Origin: Wickerhamiella versatilis
Taxonomy: Eukaryota
DNA length: 64,000 bases
Assembly (NCBI GenBank): GCA_030867685.1
Contig: JAQOWU010000008.1
Location: 1,612,001 to 1,676,000, forward strand
Direction: 5' to 3'
Below the pieces are notes generated by a model. That model was not told the origin of the DNA and searched no databases. It saw nothing but the letters and a program-made list of their open reading frames with translations. A program made the translations under genes and the position numbers. This document shows, piece after piece, positions 23,082-34,502 of this stretch (within the stretch, counting starts at the first letter, position 1; every line of letters starts with the position of its first letter).

Positions 23082-26000
23082 ATGAAGAAAGGCTCTATTG
23101 CGGAGCGTTATTTGCGGACTCTCGAAGGCAACGCAGTAAATGACCGACTGAGCCCCCCAAAGCTCCGGGGTAAAAAGGAGCCCCCAAAGGCTAACTACGC
23201 AAAACCAATCCCGACCACGACGGCAGCACCTCATCATCGCCGAATTAGCGGTGCAGAGCCACGGCCACCTGTATCATTGGATCGCGAGAGAAAAAATTTG
23301 CAGGCGTACGAGTATCTTTGCCATATCGGTGAGGCGAAGGAGTGGATGGAACGTGTGCTGGAAACTAAACTACCCCCTGCAGATGAACTACCACAAAGTC
23401 TTCAGAATGGTGTGACGTTGGCTAAGATCGCAAGAAAGTTTCGCCCTGACCTTGTTCCACGTATTTTTGAGCAAAGGCGTTTGCAATACCGACATACAGA
23501 AAATATCGTATATTTTCTGAACTTTCTGGAGGCGATGAGGATACCTGATTTATTTACTTTCGATCTTATCGACGTGTATGAAAAGCGAAACCTTCCCAAA
23601 GTGATTTACTGTATCCATGCATTATCACACTTCCTGGCCGAGGAAAGGATGGCATCCGCAGTTGATAATCTTTATGGCAAGCTGGAGTTTACGGATGCTC
23701 AGCTTGATTCTGTACAGCGAGGATTGGATGCCCAGAGAGGCGGTCTCCCTAACTTCCGAGCCATGAATCGGCACTTCTCCCGGCAGCTTGAGCCAATTCC
23801 ACCGTCGCCAAACCAGGATATTTCTGAAAGAAGTGTGAGTGAAAATGAGACGGAGGAGTATGAAGAGAGAGATGAGGTGACGGAATCTGATTGGGATTCT
23901 CTGGAAGAGCCTCCTCTTGCGCGGATGACAACGGAGGAAAAAATGCTGATAGAATTGGAGGAAGCAGAACCCGAGGTGATTAGACTGCAGGCCCTATGCC
24001 GTTCGCGCCTCTTAAAGAATCGTCTCAGCCTGGTTTTGAATTCCAGTCCTGTGAAAGTGCAGGCAGCAATTCGGGCGTGGCTATTGCGTAGGAAGATTCC
24101 ACGGGAATTCTCAAGTGTGATTGGACTCCAGTCAGGAATAAGGCGTTTATTGGTGAAAAAGAGACTACCAGTGAGTGAATTACCGAAAATAGAATATTTT
24201 CAGGCAGCTGTGAGAGCTTTCATCGTAAACCGAAGATTAAATGACGTACGCTCGTCACGATGCAATAGCCTGCCATTTGCTGATGCCGTACGGGCTCATC
24301 TTATGCGGTCTAGGATGGAAAGAACCCGCAAGGAGGTTGGCTGTCACGTTGATGGAGTGGTTGCTCTACAATCTGGTTTCCGTGGAAGATTGTTACGTTT
24401 CAAACTTGGTTGTCTATATGACGATCTGGACAGGGAAATTATTGGAATCATTTCGCTTCAGGCTCGTTGTCGCGGCCGGTTGGCTGAGCGCAGGTTATCC
24501 TCAGTGGTTGAGAGTTGGAATGCTAGTAAGGATAAAATCATTCTCCTACAGGCAGTCTGCAGAGCGCATAGCCAAAATAAGGCTTATCGAATACTCATGG
24601 CTGATCCCAACCCCTCACTAAGAGCAATCAAGGGATTCTTGCATTTGATAAATGATAGCGATGCAGACTATCAACAAGATATTGAATTGGAGGAGCTGCG
24701 AAAGACAGTTGCACAAAGGGTTCAGGGAAATGAGCATTTGGAGCAGTACATTGCACAGCTGGACACGAAGATTGCTTTACTTGTGAGAAACAAAATAGAT
24801 CTTCAGCCACTGCCTAAATCAGAGCCAGTGGAGCAATCAACAAAGAAGGCAACGGGACCAGAGAAAATCACCGAATTTGATCTTAAGGCCCTAAACAGGC
24901 ATTCTCGTGACAGACTAGAGCTTTACCAAGGTTTGTTTTACATACTACAGACTCAGCCCACTTATGTAGCGTCACTGTTAAACCAGACCAGTGATCATCA
25001 AACATCTGATCTTGTATGGGCTTTATATGGCGGTGCTAAAAAGCGACGTGAGCTTTATTTCTTATTGCAGATGCTAGCCGAAACCACAGGGGGTGGGGCG
25101 TGTGCTAGAATTATTGGCAAGCTAAATGCCCGCTTTCCGGCCACAGAGTTGTTATCTGCTCCAATAGAGCGAATCCGCGCCTTGCAAAGTGTAGATTTGG
25201 AAAGTAATCCAGCCAAATTATGGAGACAGATCCATGGGCCAGGTAACAATATTTCTGCAGAACAGGCCATTCAGGACCCTAAAGTGCGTGCTCAGTTCGT
25301 AAAGAATCTGCAACAACTACGTGAGTTTACAAGCTGTTTCATCCATAGCCTATCTGAGAACGCTGATAAAGTCGCGTATCATATACGCTACTTGGCACGG
25401 GAAGCCTTCACTCGATGTGTCTCGCGTCAATCAGCCCTCAGTGTTGCGTCGCACATTTTTATTGATCAGTATATTCAACCAGCACTTCAAAATGCTGACG
25501 CGTTGGGGTTGATAGATGCGGCAACCGATGGGTTTGCCGCGAAGAACCTTGCTTCGGTTGGTCGCATTTTGTCTCAAGTTGCCTCTATGAAATCATTTGG
25601 CGATGATGAGCTCTATCTACAACCATTGAATGAATTTATCCGAACTGCTGCTCATGAACTTGCTGGTGCCACGCTAACCGTTACAGAATGTTCAAGTCTA
25701 CAGGATCAGTTCGAAATGACCAACATCGATGATATTACCTCAATGCGCAGACCACTATTGACCATGAGCACCACCAATATCTTTGCATTGCATTCTCTCA
25801 TTCATCAGCACATTTCCAGTATAGCTCAGCCCGAGGATGCCTTCGTTATACCAGTTCTTCGGGATCTGGGGCCTTTACCAAAGAACGCTGCTGAGATGTT
25901 TGATCTTGCAAAGTTCCAGGAAGTTACTCTTGAGCTCAATCCAAGTTATGGTTCCCGAGCACATGTACCCATGAAGGCTGATAGCTCTGTTTTGGCCACG

Positions 26001-26807
26001 ACAAAGAAATGCTTGATCTATGTTCTACGAGTCCAGAGGGGTCAAAGTCTTCTGGATGTACTAGTATCGCCTATTGAATATGAACACGAGCATGCGTTTA
26101 ATTTCCTATTACAGTCGGAGGAAGAACAGGCTGGCGAGATCGGAAACCTAACTTTCCGTGAGTTGAAGCTATTAACACTAGAAAAAGTACTCGAGCTCGA
26201 GTCCACTGGCTTCATCACGAGGAATGATGGTTACCAAAGGCTACTGAACTCACTGGCTGATGATATCAGGCATAAAGATCAACTCCGTCAGACCCGAGCT
26301 AAGGAGCTAAGTGAGGCAAGGGCAACTCTCGCAAGCTTGACTGAAAAAGAGGGGTATCTTCAATCACGACTAAATATATACAACGATTACATTGAGCAGG
26401 CAATGAAAACGTTACAGACAGAGGCTCTACACCGCAAAAAGCCGTTGCTCCGTAAACTGTTGCCTAACCAGTCAGATAGTCAGCGTTCAGCAAAATATGG
26501 CTCTCATAGATGTTCAGCCGAAAAACTTGCAGATCGCGGTATTCTTCTCAACTTAAGGGGCTATTCGCATCGTCAGCACAAGGATATCACCTTCACATTT
26601 ACTTGCGACGAAGTGGCTAAGTTTGGTGTAGAGGTTGCGTACAGGGGCATTCTCTTACCGAATGGATCGGTGATACTCACGCTGGATACATTATTGAGCA
26701 AGCAATATAACAATAACCAATATATTGATATGTTTGATGATGCTGTCCGGTTTAATACAAATCGCCTGCTTCAATACATTTTCCACAAATTCTATGGTGC
26801 TCCATAG
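23082..26807 (+). CDS. IQG1: IQGAP cytokinesis protein
   Basis: CH domain (AYEYLCHIGEAKEW, PKVIYCIHALS), IQ repeats, RasGAP-related and RasGAP_C regions. Confidence 0.93.
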   Translation: MKKGSIAERYLRTLEGNAVNDRLSPPKLRGKKEPPKANYAKPIPTTTAAPHHRRISGAEPRPPVSLDRERKNLQAYEYLCHIGEAKEWMERVLETKLPPADELPQSLQNGVTLAKIARKFRPDLVPRIFEQRRLQYRHTENIVYFLNFLEAMRIPDLFTFDLIDVYEKRNLPKVIYCIHALSHFLAEERMASAVDNLYGKLEFTDAQLDSVQRGLDAQRGGLPNFRAMNRHFSRQLEPIPPSPNQDISERSVSENETEEYEERDEVTESDWDSLEEPPLARMTTEEKMLIELEEAEPEVIRLQALCRSRLLKNRLSLVLNSSPVKVQAAIRAWLLRRKIPREFSSVIGLQSGIRRLLVKKRLPVSELPKIEYFQAAVRAFIVNRRLNDVRSSRCNSLPFADAVRAHLMRSRMERTRKEVGCHVDGVVALQSGFRGRLLRFKLGCLYDDLDREIIGIISLQARCRGRLAERRLSSVVESWNASKDKIILLQAVCRAHSQNKAYRILMADPNPSLRAIKGFLHLINDSDADYQQDIELEELRKTVAQRVQGNEHLEQYIAQLDTKIALLVRNKIDLQPLPKSEPVEQSTKKATGPEKITEFDLKALNRHSRDRLELYQGLFYILQTQPTYVASLLNQTSDHQTSDLVWALYGGAKKRRELYFLLQMLAETTGGGACARIIGKLNARFPATELLSAPIERIRALQSVDLESNPAKLWRQIHGPGNNISAEQAIQDPKVRAQFVKNLQQLREFTSCFIHSLSENADKVAYHIRYLAREAFTRCVSRQSALSVASHIFIDQYIQPALQNADALGLIDAATDGFAAKNLASVGRILSQVASMKSFGDDELYLQPLNEFIRTAAHELAGATLTVTECSSLQDQFEMTNIDDITSMRRPLLTMSTTNIFALHSLIHQHISSIAQPEDAFVIPVLRDLGPLPKNAAEMFDLAKFQEVTLELNPSYGSRAHVPMKADSSVLATTKKCLIYVLRVQRGQSLLDVLVSPIEYEHEHAFNFLLQSEEEQAGEIGNLTFRELKLLTLEKVLELESTGFITRNDGYQRLLNSLADDIRHKDQLRQTRAKELSEARATLASLTEKEGYLQSRLNIYNDYIEQAMKTLQTEALHRKKPLLRKLLPNQSDSQRSAKYGSHRCSAEKLADRGILLNLRGYSHRQHKDITFTFTCDEVAKFGVEVAYRGILLPNGSVILTLDTLLSKQYNNNQYIDMFDDAVRFNTNRLLQYIFHKFYGAP

Positions 26808-26938
26808 CTTATTGTCACTTAAAGAAATTATTTAATGATAAATTCAAAAGGTATAAAGACTATTAGACAAGCAATAAAGTGCCACACTAAAGCGACCTGG
26901 TTGTAGTGTTCCTGATCAGGCAGGTAGATTTGTCATCC

Positions 26939-29900
26939 ATGAACCGTCGTACGCGAGCTGTCGTCGATGATGAGAGCGACGACGATGTGGCCGTGAACCA
27001 ACCGCAGCCAGCACGTGGACCGGATGAATCAGAGGGAGAATCTGGTAGTGGGCAAGAGGGAGAGCCGACGACCCCAGGAGCTGAAGGCTCGGATGCTAGC
27101 TCTGCAGGTGACTCCAGTGAGGACGAGGAGGACGATCCTGAGGAACTTAAGAAGATTCGTGATGGATTTATCGTTGACTCTGATGATGAGGAGCAAGATG
27201 GAGATAGTCAGGGGCGCTCTGGAGGCCACCGCAGACGAAGACGACATCGACCTGAAGAACTAGAAGAGGACGATCTGAATTTAGTCCGAGAGGCAGGTGG
27301 TAGCCGTTTCAAGCGTCTCAAGCGAGCCGAGGATGATGGTGCAGGAGCCACTGGCAATAGTACAGGCGGACTAAGCCATATTTTTGATGACGAGGAGCAA
27401 GAGGAAACTCAGCCACGCGGCGAATTTGACGATTTTATAGAAGACGATGACTTCAGCGATGAACAAGAAGAACGACTTGTCGGTAAGGCTCCTCAAAGAC
27501 AGACACAGCGTGCGGCTGGGGGAACTCGAGGTGGCCTGAGCCAGTTTAGCGGCCTCAATGAAGATAAGATTGGGGAGATATATGATGTATTTGGAGATGG
27601 TGCTGAATACGAGTGGGCTTTGGAAGGTGAGGATGAAGCGGAAGCACCCGTTCAGGAGACCGAACAGCTAGACCTGCGTGACGTGTTCGAACCATCGGAG
27701 CTCAAGAACCGCATGTTGACCGCAGAGGACAATAAAATCCGGGCAGAAGATGTCCCCGAAAGATATCAGATTCTACGTCAAGCACTTAATAGACCTTATG
27801 AACTTGAGGACTATTTGCTGGCAGATAAAAAGCTTTGGATAGAAACATCTATGGTTGAACATCAGCGACTTCTTTTTGCTCAACGCCCTGAACTTAGAGC
27901 TCCATTCAAAGAAGCTGTTCAGAAAGTAGTAGAACTTGTGTCTGTAGACCAGCTGGAAGTTCCGTTTATTTGGCACCATCGTCAGGACTTTTTAATACAT
28001 TTTGGGGAGTCTCAGGAGCGCACGCAGTTATTGACACGCGAAGATCTTTGGCGGATAGTACTGCTAGATATCGATTTCATGGCTATGCTCGAGAAACAGC
28101 GAGCTGTTATGGATCTCATTAAACAAGTTGGCGCTGGGGAGACCCCAGAGCTTCAGGTCCTCAAAGGGAGCAATAATAGTCTTGATTATCAGGATTTCCT
28201 CGACTATTTACGTTTTACGTATTCTGAGCAATTGCATAAGGACCAACGACGACACGCGAGGTTTGGATATTACGATCGGTTGCGCAAGGATCCTGGTGTT
28301 TCCGAGGTTTTAGACACTCTAAAACTATCTCTGTCTGATGCTACTGACCGAGTTGAAAAGGAGTTGACAGGAAGTCCGGAGCCTAAATTCAGCGAGTCTG
28401 CCAAGCCTCAGCAGGCTTGTGAACTTCTGGCCATGGACCTTGCTACGTATCCTAGACTTCGTCAGTGGTTTCGGACACAATTTGAAACGAAGGCTCGGGT
28501 AAGTATCGTGATCACAAATGATGGTAAGCGGAAGATAGTCCCCGGCTCGCCATTTGCCGATATAAAGTATGCAATTAATTGGTCACTGGAGGAGTTGAGA
28601 CTTCGTCCTGACCTATATCTACGCATGCTTCGTGCAGAGGACCAGGGACTAGTAAAAGTGCGCTTGCAGTATCCACAGTACAAGAGTACTCTTTTCGAGT
28701 CCTTTACTAAAGCACTTGGTGAGGGTGAGTTCTATCAAACCCTTGCTAAATCTTCTTCCAGGCTGCTAATCCCTCATATTTGTACTCAAATCCTTGAAAA
28801 TCTACGGTCTGAATGTTTACGAGTTCTTTCTTTCGACGTACGTCGTGCTCTTCTCGAGCGTATGGATCAAGCCCCGTATAAACCTCCTGGTTTTGTTGCT
28901 GGAACCACTCCGCGAGTATTGACTATCTCAAGTGGAGAAGGGCGTATAGCTGATGCAGCTATCGCAGTTTTGGTTGATGAAGACGGACATGTTGTCGAAC
29001 AAGCCAAACTGGGGGATTCAAAGGATGGAAGTTTCCGCAGGAGACTGGTAGACGTCGTGGAGCGCAGAAAGCCTGACGTCGTTGGTGTCGCAGGCTTTAG
29101 TCCAGCTACTCGAAGATTGATGCATCATGTGGGTGAGATGATTGCTGATGAACAACTTACTGCAGGTGATAGTGGGGAGCATTCGTTAGAGTGCGTATGG
29201 GTACAGGACGAAGTTGCGAGATTATATCGCGAGAGTGAACGGGCTCGAACGGAATTTCCGGAGCTTGTTCCCATAGCACGTTACTGTGTTGCTCTTGCTC
29301 GCTATTTACAGAGCCCATTACTCGAATATGCAAACCTAAGTCCAGAACTTCTGGCAAGTATTGAGCTCCATACTCATCAGACACTTTTACCTCAGGAACA
29401 ATTTATCTGGGCGACGGAATCTGCCTTTGTCGATCTAGCATCACAGGCTGGTGTGGACCTATCATTGGCAGTGCGATCGAAATATCATGCGGCGCTAGTG
29501 CCCTTTATCGCTGGTTTCGGTCCCCGTAAAGCTGGAAGCGTTCTCGAAGCTGTCCAGGCACATGGTGGGTTGGTAAACCGAAGTGAACTGATCACAAAAG
29601 AAATTACTAGCAAACAGATTTTTATGAATTGCGCTTCATTTATTCGAATCTCAACAGCAAGTACTACCATAGACGATGATCATGAAGTGCTGGATTCAAC
29701 TCGTATCCACCCCGAAAATTATGAGCTGGCTCGTAAAATGGCTGCGGACGCACTAGAACTTGATGAAGAGGACTTGGTGGCCCTGGAGAATCGGCCCGGC
29801 GGGGTTGTCGGCAGACTTGTGGGCGACGATGAGGCAGAAAAACTAAATGATCTCATTCTTGAAGAATATGCTGACGAGCTGTGGACGAGATTTGGCCAGC

Positions 29901-30967
29901 GCAAGCGCACAACATTAGAAGATATTCGTGAAGAGCTCCAGGATCCTTATGGAGAGTTGCGCAAACCCTTGCGTCAATTGAGTGATGTTGAGGTGTTCAC
30001 CATGCTTACCGGTGAGACCCGCGACTCTCTTGCCCCTGGACATGTTGTGTCTGCAGTTGTTCGCAGGGTTGCTGGACGGCAGCTGATTTTGGTGCTCTCT
30101 TGTGGTATTGATGCTGTGGCTGAGTCTGGCAACATGTCCGATGACCGCTCTGTTCCGCTCAACCAGCAATTTAGTCCAGGAAATGCGGTTCAGGCAGCTG
30201 TACTTAATGTTGACTACAAGGCGATGCTTGCTCAGGTGAACACGCGGAGGTCTGTGGTCCGAAGCCACCTTGCTCAGCTGGAGAGACAGGTGCGCGATAC
30301 GGCAGACCCAGCACACTGGGATAAGGATGCTGAAAGACGAGACGAAGAGGAGGCACGGGCTAAAACGGAAAGAGAGACACGTGCAGGGCGTATCATCAAG
30401 CATCCACTGTTTAGAGCGTTTTCAGCGAAACAGGCAGAGGAGTTTTTGGCTCCATTACAGCGCGGTGACTTGGTCATAAGACCGTCATCCAGAGGTATGG
30501 ATCATTTGGCCATTACCTGGAAGGTGGCAGACATGATATATCAGCATATCGATGTCCTGGAACTGGATAAACCCAATGAATTTGCTTTAGGCCGCCGACT
30601 TCGCATAGGGCGCTGGGAGTATACTGATCTGGATGAACTTATTATAATGCATGTTCAGGCCATGGCGCGTAAGGTTGACGAAATGTGCCAACATGAAAAA
30701 TTCCAGGCAGGGTCTAAAGCAGATGTGGAAAAGTGGCTCTCTGCGTATACTGCAGCCCAACCGAAGCGTAGTGTTTACGCTTTCTGCTTTGACCATCGCC
30801 ATCCAGGCTGGTTCCTATTGTGCTTTAAGACAGGTGCATCCTCCAGTGTTAAGGAATGGCACGTTAAAGTCATACCTAATGGCTTCGAGTTACAGGGTAA
30901 TGCATATCCGGATGTTTCTGCCCTGTGCAATGGATTTAAGTTAATATTCCAAAGCCTGCAACGCTAA
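26939..30967 (+). CDS. SPT6: Transcription elongation factor/histone chaperone Spt6
   Basis: Acidic N-terminus, DVPERYQ, ARYLQSPL, LDSTRIHPENY, S1 domain, tandem SH2 (IRPSSRG); first ATG at 26939. Confidence 0.96.
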   Translation: MNRRTRAVVDDESDDDVAVNQPQPARGPDESEGESGSGQEGEPTTPGAEGSDASSAGDSSEDEEDDPEELKKIRDGFIVDSDDEEQDGDSQGRSGGHRRRRRHRPEELEEDDLNLVREAGGSRFKRLKRAEDDGAGATGNSTGGLSHIFDDEEQEETQPRGEFDDFIEDDDFSDEQEERLVGKAPQRQTQRAAGGTRGGLSQFSGLNEDKIGEIYDVFGDGAEYEWALEGEDEAEAPVQETEQLDLRDVFEPSELKNRMLTAEDNKIRAEDVPERYQILRQALNRPYELEDYLLADKKLWIETSMVEHQRLLFAQRPELRAPFKEAVQKVVELVSVDQLEVPFIWHHRQDFLIHFGESQERTQLLTREDLWRIVLLDIDFMAMLEKQRAVMDLIKQVGAGETPELQVLKGSNNSLDYQDFLDYLRFTYSEQLHKDQRRHARFGYYDRLRKDPGVSEVLDTLKLSLSDATDRVEKELTGSPEPKFSESAKPQQACELLAMDLATYPRLRQWFRTQFETKARVSIVITNDGKRKIVPGSPFADIKYAINWSLEELRLRPDLYLRMLRAEDQGLVKVRLQYPQYKSTLFESFTKALGEGEFYQTLAKSSSRLLIPHICTQILENLRSECLRVLSFDVRRALLERMDQAPYKPPGFVAGTTPRVLTISSGEGRIADAAIAVLVDEDGHVVEQAKLGDSKDGSFRRRLVDVVERRKPDVVGVAGFSPATRRLMHHVGEMIADEQLTAGDSGEHSLECVWVQDEVARLYRESERARTEFPELVPIARYCVALARYLQSPLLEYANLSPELLASIELHTHQTLLPQEQFIWATESAFVDLASQAGVDLSLAVRSKYHAALVPFIAGFGPRKAGSVLEAVQAHGGLVNRSELITKEITSKQIFMNCASFIRISTASTTIDDDHEVLDSTRIHPENYELARKMAADALELDEEDLVALENRPGGVVGRLVGDDEAEKLNDLILEEYADELWTRFGQRKRTTLEDIREELQDPYGELRKPLRQLSDVEVFTMLTGETRDSLAPGHVVSAVVRRVAGRQLILVLSCGIDAVAESGNMSDDRSVPLNQQFSPGNAVQAAVLNVDYKAMLAQVNTRRSVVRSHLAQLERQVRDTADPAHWDKDAERRDEEEARAKTERETRAGRIIKHPLFRAFSAKQAEEFLAPLQRGDLVIRPSSRGMDHLAITWKVADMIYQHIDVLELDKPNEFALGRRLRIGRWEYTDLDELIIMHVQAMARKVDEMCQHEKFQAGSKADVEKWLSAYTAAQPKRSVYAFCFDHRHPGWFLLCFKTGASSSVKEWHVKVIPNGFELQGNAYPDVSALCNGFKLIFQSLQR

Positions 30968-31134
30968 TGCAGGATTAAAATAAGAAGACCGTGTTCTTAA
31001 ATTCTCTTAATTCTAGTACATATGATATATTCACTACTCATATTGGCCCATGGGAATTTCACGATTAGGCATGTGCGTGGTAGTGGATAAGGGGAAGGGT
31101 AAGGTGAATTTTTTTTCCTCTTTCATACAATCGC

Positions 31135-34100
31135 ATGGCACCACGGAAGTTCAAGCCTGTGGACTTCGACCAGGTTAGTGGTTTCACTCCAGGTAAAGGA
31201 CCAAATGGTGCATCTGCTCTATCTTCAACACAGAGCTCCGCACAGAGCTCGAAGGCTACGACTCCTGAGCCTGCGAATATGAGCTCGCTGCTGGATAAGC
31301 TCCAAATTACTCCCATCACGCCATATCTGAGGCAATTAGCCGATTCTGATAGTATAGAGGCTGTACGAAAAGTGGCACAAGAAGCTGCGAACCATATTGT
31401 CAAGGAGGGCGGCCAAGCTATTGCCGAATGGGACCTCGCACAGGCTATAACTACCTTGATTCGTGCGAAAAAGAGCGGTCTTGTTCGTGAGGCTGGGCTA
31501 ACCCTGGCTACAGTTGTGATCCGCTCATTTGGCAAGGATAGCCCAGCACAAGCTTGGTACCCTGAACTTCTTGCCCCCATCCTAGAGGCCTATTTGGATA
31601 AGGATGCTACCGTCAAGCGAGCTGCAACCCACGCACTTTCTACATTGGAGGCCGCATTCACCCGGGAGGCGCTTGTTTGCTGGTTCCTTCCGAGTCTATT
31701 GGATTACTTGGATAGCAGTGCGAAGTGGCAATCTCGTATGGCTGCTCTGGGTGCCGTGGAGTTCGTTTGCAAGCATTGCCCAGCAGATTATATTGAGCAG
31801 TACTTTGTTCGGGCTTTGCCTACCCTCACGAATCAGCTCCAGGATTTCAAACCTGAACTAGCCAAGGAGGGCGCAAAGGTTATCAATATTTTTATGAGTA
31901 AATTGGACAATCAAGATATCACTCCCCGTCTCGATGTGATTATAGCAGCATTGTCTGACCCTCACAAAATCAAGGATTGTATTCGCACGTTGAGTGCTGT
32001 CACATTTGTTGCAGAGGTGACGGAACCTGCGCTAGCAGTTCTTGTGCCAATCCTGGCGCGTTCCCTCAATGGACAAACTACCCAGGATTCATTGCGACAA
32101 AGTGTTATGGTCACAGAGAACTTGACACGATTGGTGCACAACCCATGGGAGGTTTATCGGTTCATTCCTGAGATCAAGCCTGGTGTTGAGAAGGTCGTAG
32201 CTTCTGCTACACAACCAGAGGTTCGAGAGCTTGGAGCCAAGGCTCTGAAGGTGCTCGAAAACGCTGAAGTTGAAGTTAAAGATGCTGAGCCTGTACGCAT
32301 AACCCCTGAGCAAGCTCGTAAGGATCTACCTGAGAATCTCAAGGGACCACTCGCCGACATGGTTACTGCGATGGTCACCCTCACGGTTGATTGCCGTGAG
32401 TTCTCTATTCTCGCTCACATCTACATGCATTATTGTCAAGTAAAGGACCCTCACAGTATTGTGCAAAAGTTTGAGAGCATGTTTGCCGACTCTCGAGTTC
32501 CAGAGGACGATGAGGATGGTGTAGAGGTTGTCAATGCGAAGTTTTCATTGGCCTACGGTGGTCGTATGCTTTTGAATAAAGCAACCCTTAGGCTTTTCAA
32601 AGGAAGACGTTATGGTCTCTGTGGCCGTAACGGATGCGGTAAGTCAACTCTCATGCGTGCTATTGCTGAAGGAAAGCTTGAAGGTTTTCCGGATAAGTCT
32701 GAAGTTCGCACATGTTTTGTTGAACATCGTCTCCAGGGAAATGATGCTGATTTGGACCTTGTGAGCTTCATTGCTCAGGATGCCGAGTTAGGACATGCTT
32801 CTCGTGAGGAGATTGCGGCTGCGTTGCAGGACGTAGGGTTTGATGAGGAAAGGCGATCTCAGAATGTTGGTGCATTGAGTGGTGGTTGGAAGATGAAGCT
32901 AGAGCTTGCAAGAGCCATGCTTTTGAAAGCTGACGTTTTGCTGTTGGATGAGCCGACCAATCATTTGGATACTACAAATGTTAAATGGCTACAGGACTAC
33001 TTGAATGAGAACACTGAAATCACCTCTCTTATTGTATCGCACGACAGTGGATTTTTAGATGCGGTTTGCACAGATATCATTCATTATGAAAACAAGAGAC
33101 TCGTCTACTACAAGGGAAACCTCTCCGAGTTTGTGAAGGTCAAACCAGAAGGCAAGTCTTATTACACCTTGACGGATGCCAATGTGCGTATGAACTTCCC
33201 AGCACCTGGCATATTGACAGGTGTTCGCTCCCAGACAAGGGCAATTGCTCGTATGTCTAATGTGAGCTTCACATACCCTGGCGCAAAGAAGATGTCACTG
33301 ATGAATGCATCTGTCTCTGTTAGCTTGTCATCGCGGATCGCTGTCCTAGGTCCGAACGGTGCAGGAAAGTCTACCCTCATCAAGCTTTTGACTGGGGAGC
33401 TTATTCCTACAGAGGGAAATGTTGAGAAGCATCCTAACCTCCGTATCGGATATATTGCCCAGCACGCCCTCCAGCATGTTGAGCTGCACAAGGAAAAGAC
33501 CCCCAATCAATATATTCAGTGGCGTTATCAGAATGGTGACGATCGTGAAGTTCATCTGAAGCAGTCTCGGAAATTAACCGATGAAGAGCGTGCTATCATG
33601 GAGAAACCCATAAACATGGGTGATGGATCTGGCCGTGAAAGGAAGGTTGAGAATATTATTGGTCGCCAGAAACTCAAGAAGAGCTTCCAATATGAGGTGA
33701 AATGGGTGGGAATGCTGCCCAAGCACAACAGCTGGCTCCCACGTGAATATCTTATCGAGAACGGTTTTGAAAAACTGATCCAGGAGTTTGATGATCATGA
33801 AGCTAGTCGTGAAGGTCTAGGATATCGTGAACTGATTCCTCCTGTCATTAGAAAACACTTTGAAGATGTTGGACTTGACGGTGATATTGCTGATCATACC
33901 CAATTGGGCTCGCTCAGTGGTGGTCAACTTGTTAAGGTCGTCATTGCAGGTGCTACCTGGAATAATCCTCATCTTCTTGTTTTGGATGAGCCGACAAATT
34001 ACCTTGATCGTGACTCAATGGGTGGTCTTGCTGCTGCTATTCGTGATTGGAGTGGTGGTGTGATCCTTATTTCGCACAATTCTGAATTTGTTGGTGCATT

Positions 34101-34404
34101 GTGTCCAGAGCAGTGGATAGTGAATGATGGTAAGCTTGTCACAAAGGGTGGACCTGCTGCGCCTTCAGCACCAGGATCTTCGGCAACTAGTGCAAACTCT
34201 ACACCAGCACCATCTACTACAGCATCTGCCGCACCATCCGATGTTGACAATGATTCGCCTGCAAATATCAAGGTGCGCCGGAAGAAGAAGAAGCTCACTA
34301 GGAACGAGCTTAAGGAGAGGGATGCCCGCCGCCGTCTACGGTATATTGAGTGGTTGTCATCCCCCAAGGGAACTCCTAAGCCGGAGGATACGGATGAGGA
34401 GTGA
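31135..34404 (+). CDS. NEW1: eEF3-like ABC-F translation factor New1
   Basis: HEAT region, two ABC domains (GRNGCGKST, GPNGAGKST), chromo insert, C-terminal RLRYIEWLSSPKGTPKP typical of New1. Confidence 0.92.
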   Translation: MAPRKFKPVDFDQVSGFTPGKGPNGASALSSTQSSAQSSKATTPEPANMSSLLDKLQITPITPYLRQLADSDSIEAVRKVAQEAANHIVKEGGQAIAEWDLAQAITTLIRAKKSGLVREAGLTLATVVIRSFGKDSPAQAWYPELLAPILEAYLDKDATVKRAATHALSTLEAAFTREALVCWFLPSLLDYLDSSAKWQSRMAALGAVEFVCKHCPADYIEQYFVRALPTLTNQLQDFKPELAKEGAKVINIFMSKLDNQDITPRLDVIIAALSDPHKIKDCIRTLSAVTFVAEVTEPALAVLVPILARSLNGQTTQDSLRQSVMVTENLTRLVHNPWEVYRFIPEIKPGVEKVVASATQPEVRELGAKALKVLENAEVEVKDAEPVRITPEQARKDLPENLKGPLADMVTAMVTLTVDCREFSILAHIYMHYCQVKDPHSIVQKFESMFADSRVPEDDEDGVEVVNAKFSLAYGGRMLLNKATLRLFKGRRYGLCGRNGCGKSTLMRAIAEGKLEGFPDKSEVRTCFVEHRLQGNDADLDLVSFIAQDAELGHASREEIAAALQDVGFDEERRSQNVGALSGGWKMKLELARAMLLKADVLLLDEPTNHLDTTNVKWLQDYLNENTEITSLIVSHDSGFLDAVCTDIIHYENKRLVYYKGNLSEFVKVKPEGKSYYTLTDANVRMNFPAPGILTGVRSQTRAIARMSNVSFTYPGAKKMSLMNASVSVSLSSRIAVLGPNGAGKSTLIKLLTGELIPTEGNVEKHPNLRIGYIAQHALQHVELHKEKTPNQYIQWRYQNGDDREVHLKQSRKLTDEERAIMEKPINMGDGSGRERKVENIIGRQKLKKSFQYEVKWVGMLPKHNSWLPREYLIENGFEKLIQEFDDHEASREGLGYRELIPPVIRKHFEDVGLDGDIADHTQLGSLSGGQLVKVVIAGATWNNPHLLVLDEPTNYLDRDSMGGLAAAIRDWSGGVILISHNSEFVGALCPEQWIVNDGKLVTKGGPAAPSAPGSSATSANSTPAPSTTASAAPSDVDNDSPANIKVRRKKKKLTRNELKERDARRRLRYIEWLSSPKGTPKPEDTDEE

Positions 34405-34502
34405 TAGAGTGTAAAGAACTGTCATATTGTCATAAGCTATAGATTTTTTGTCGTTTCATCATTAAGAAGAGCTAATTATCTAAGTTTGTGCTGCTGCTGC
34501 TA

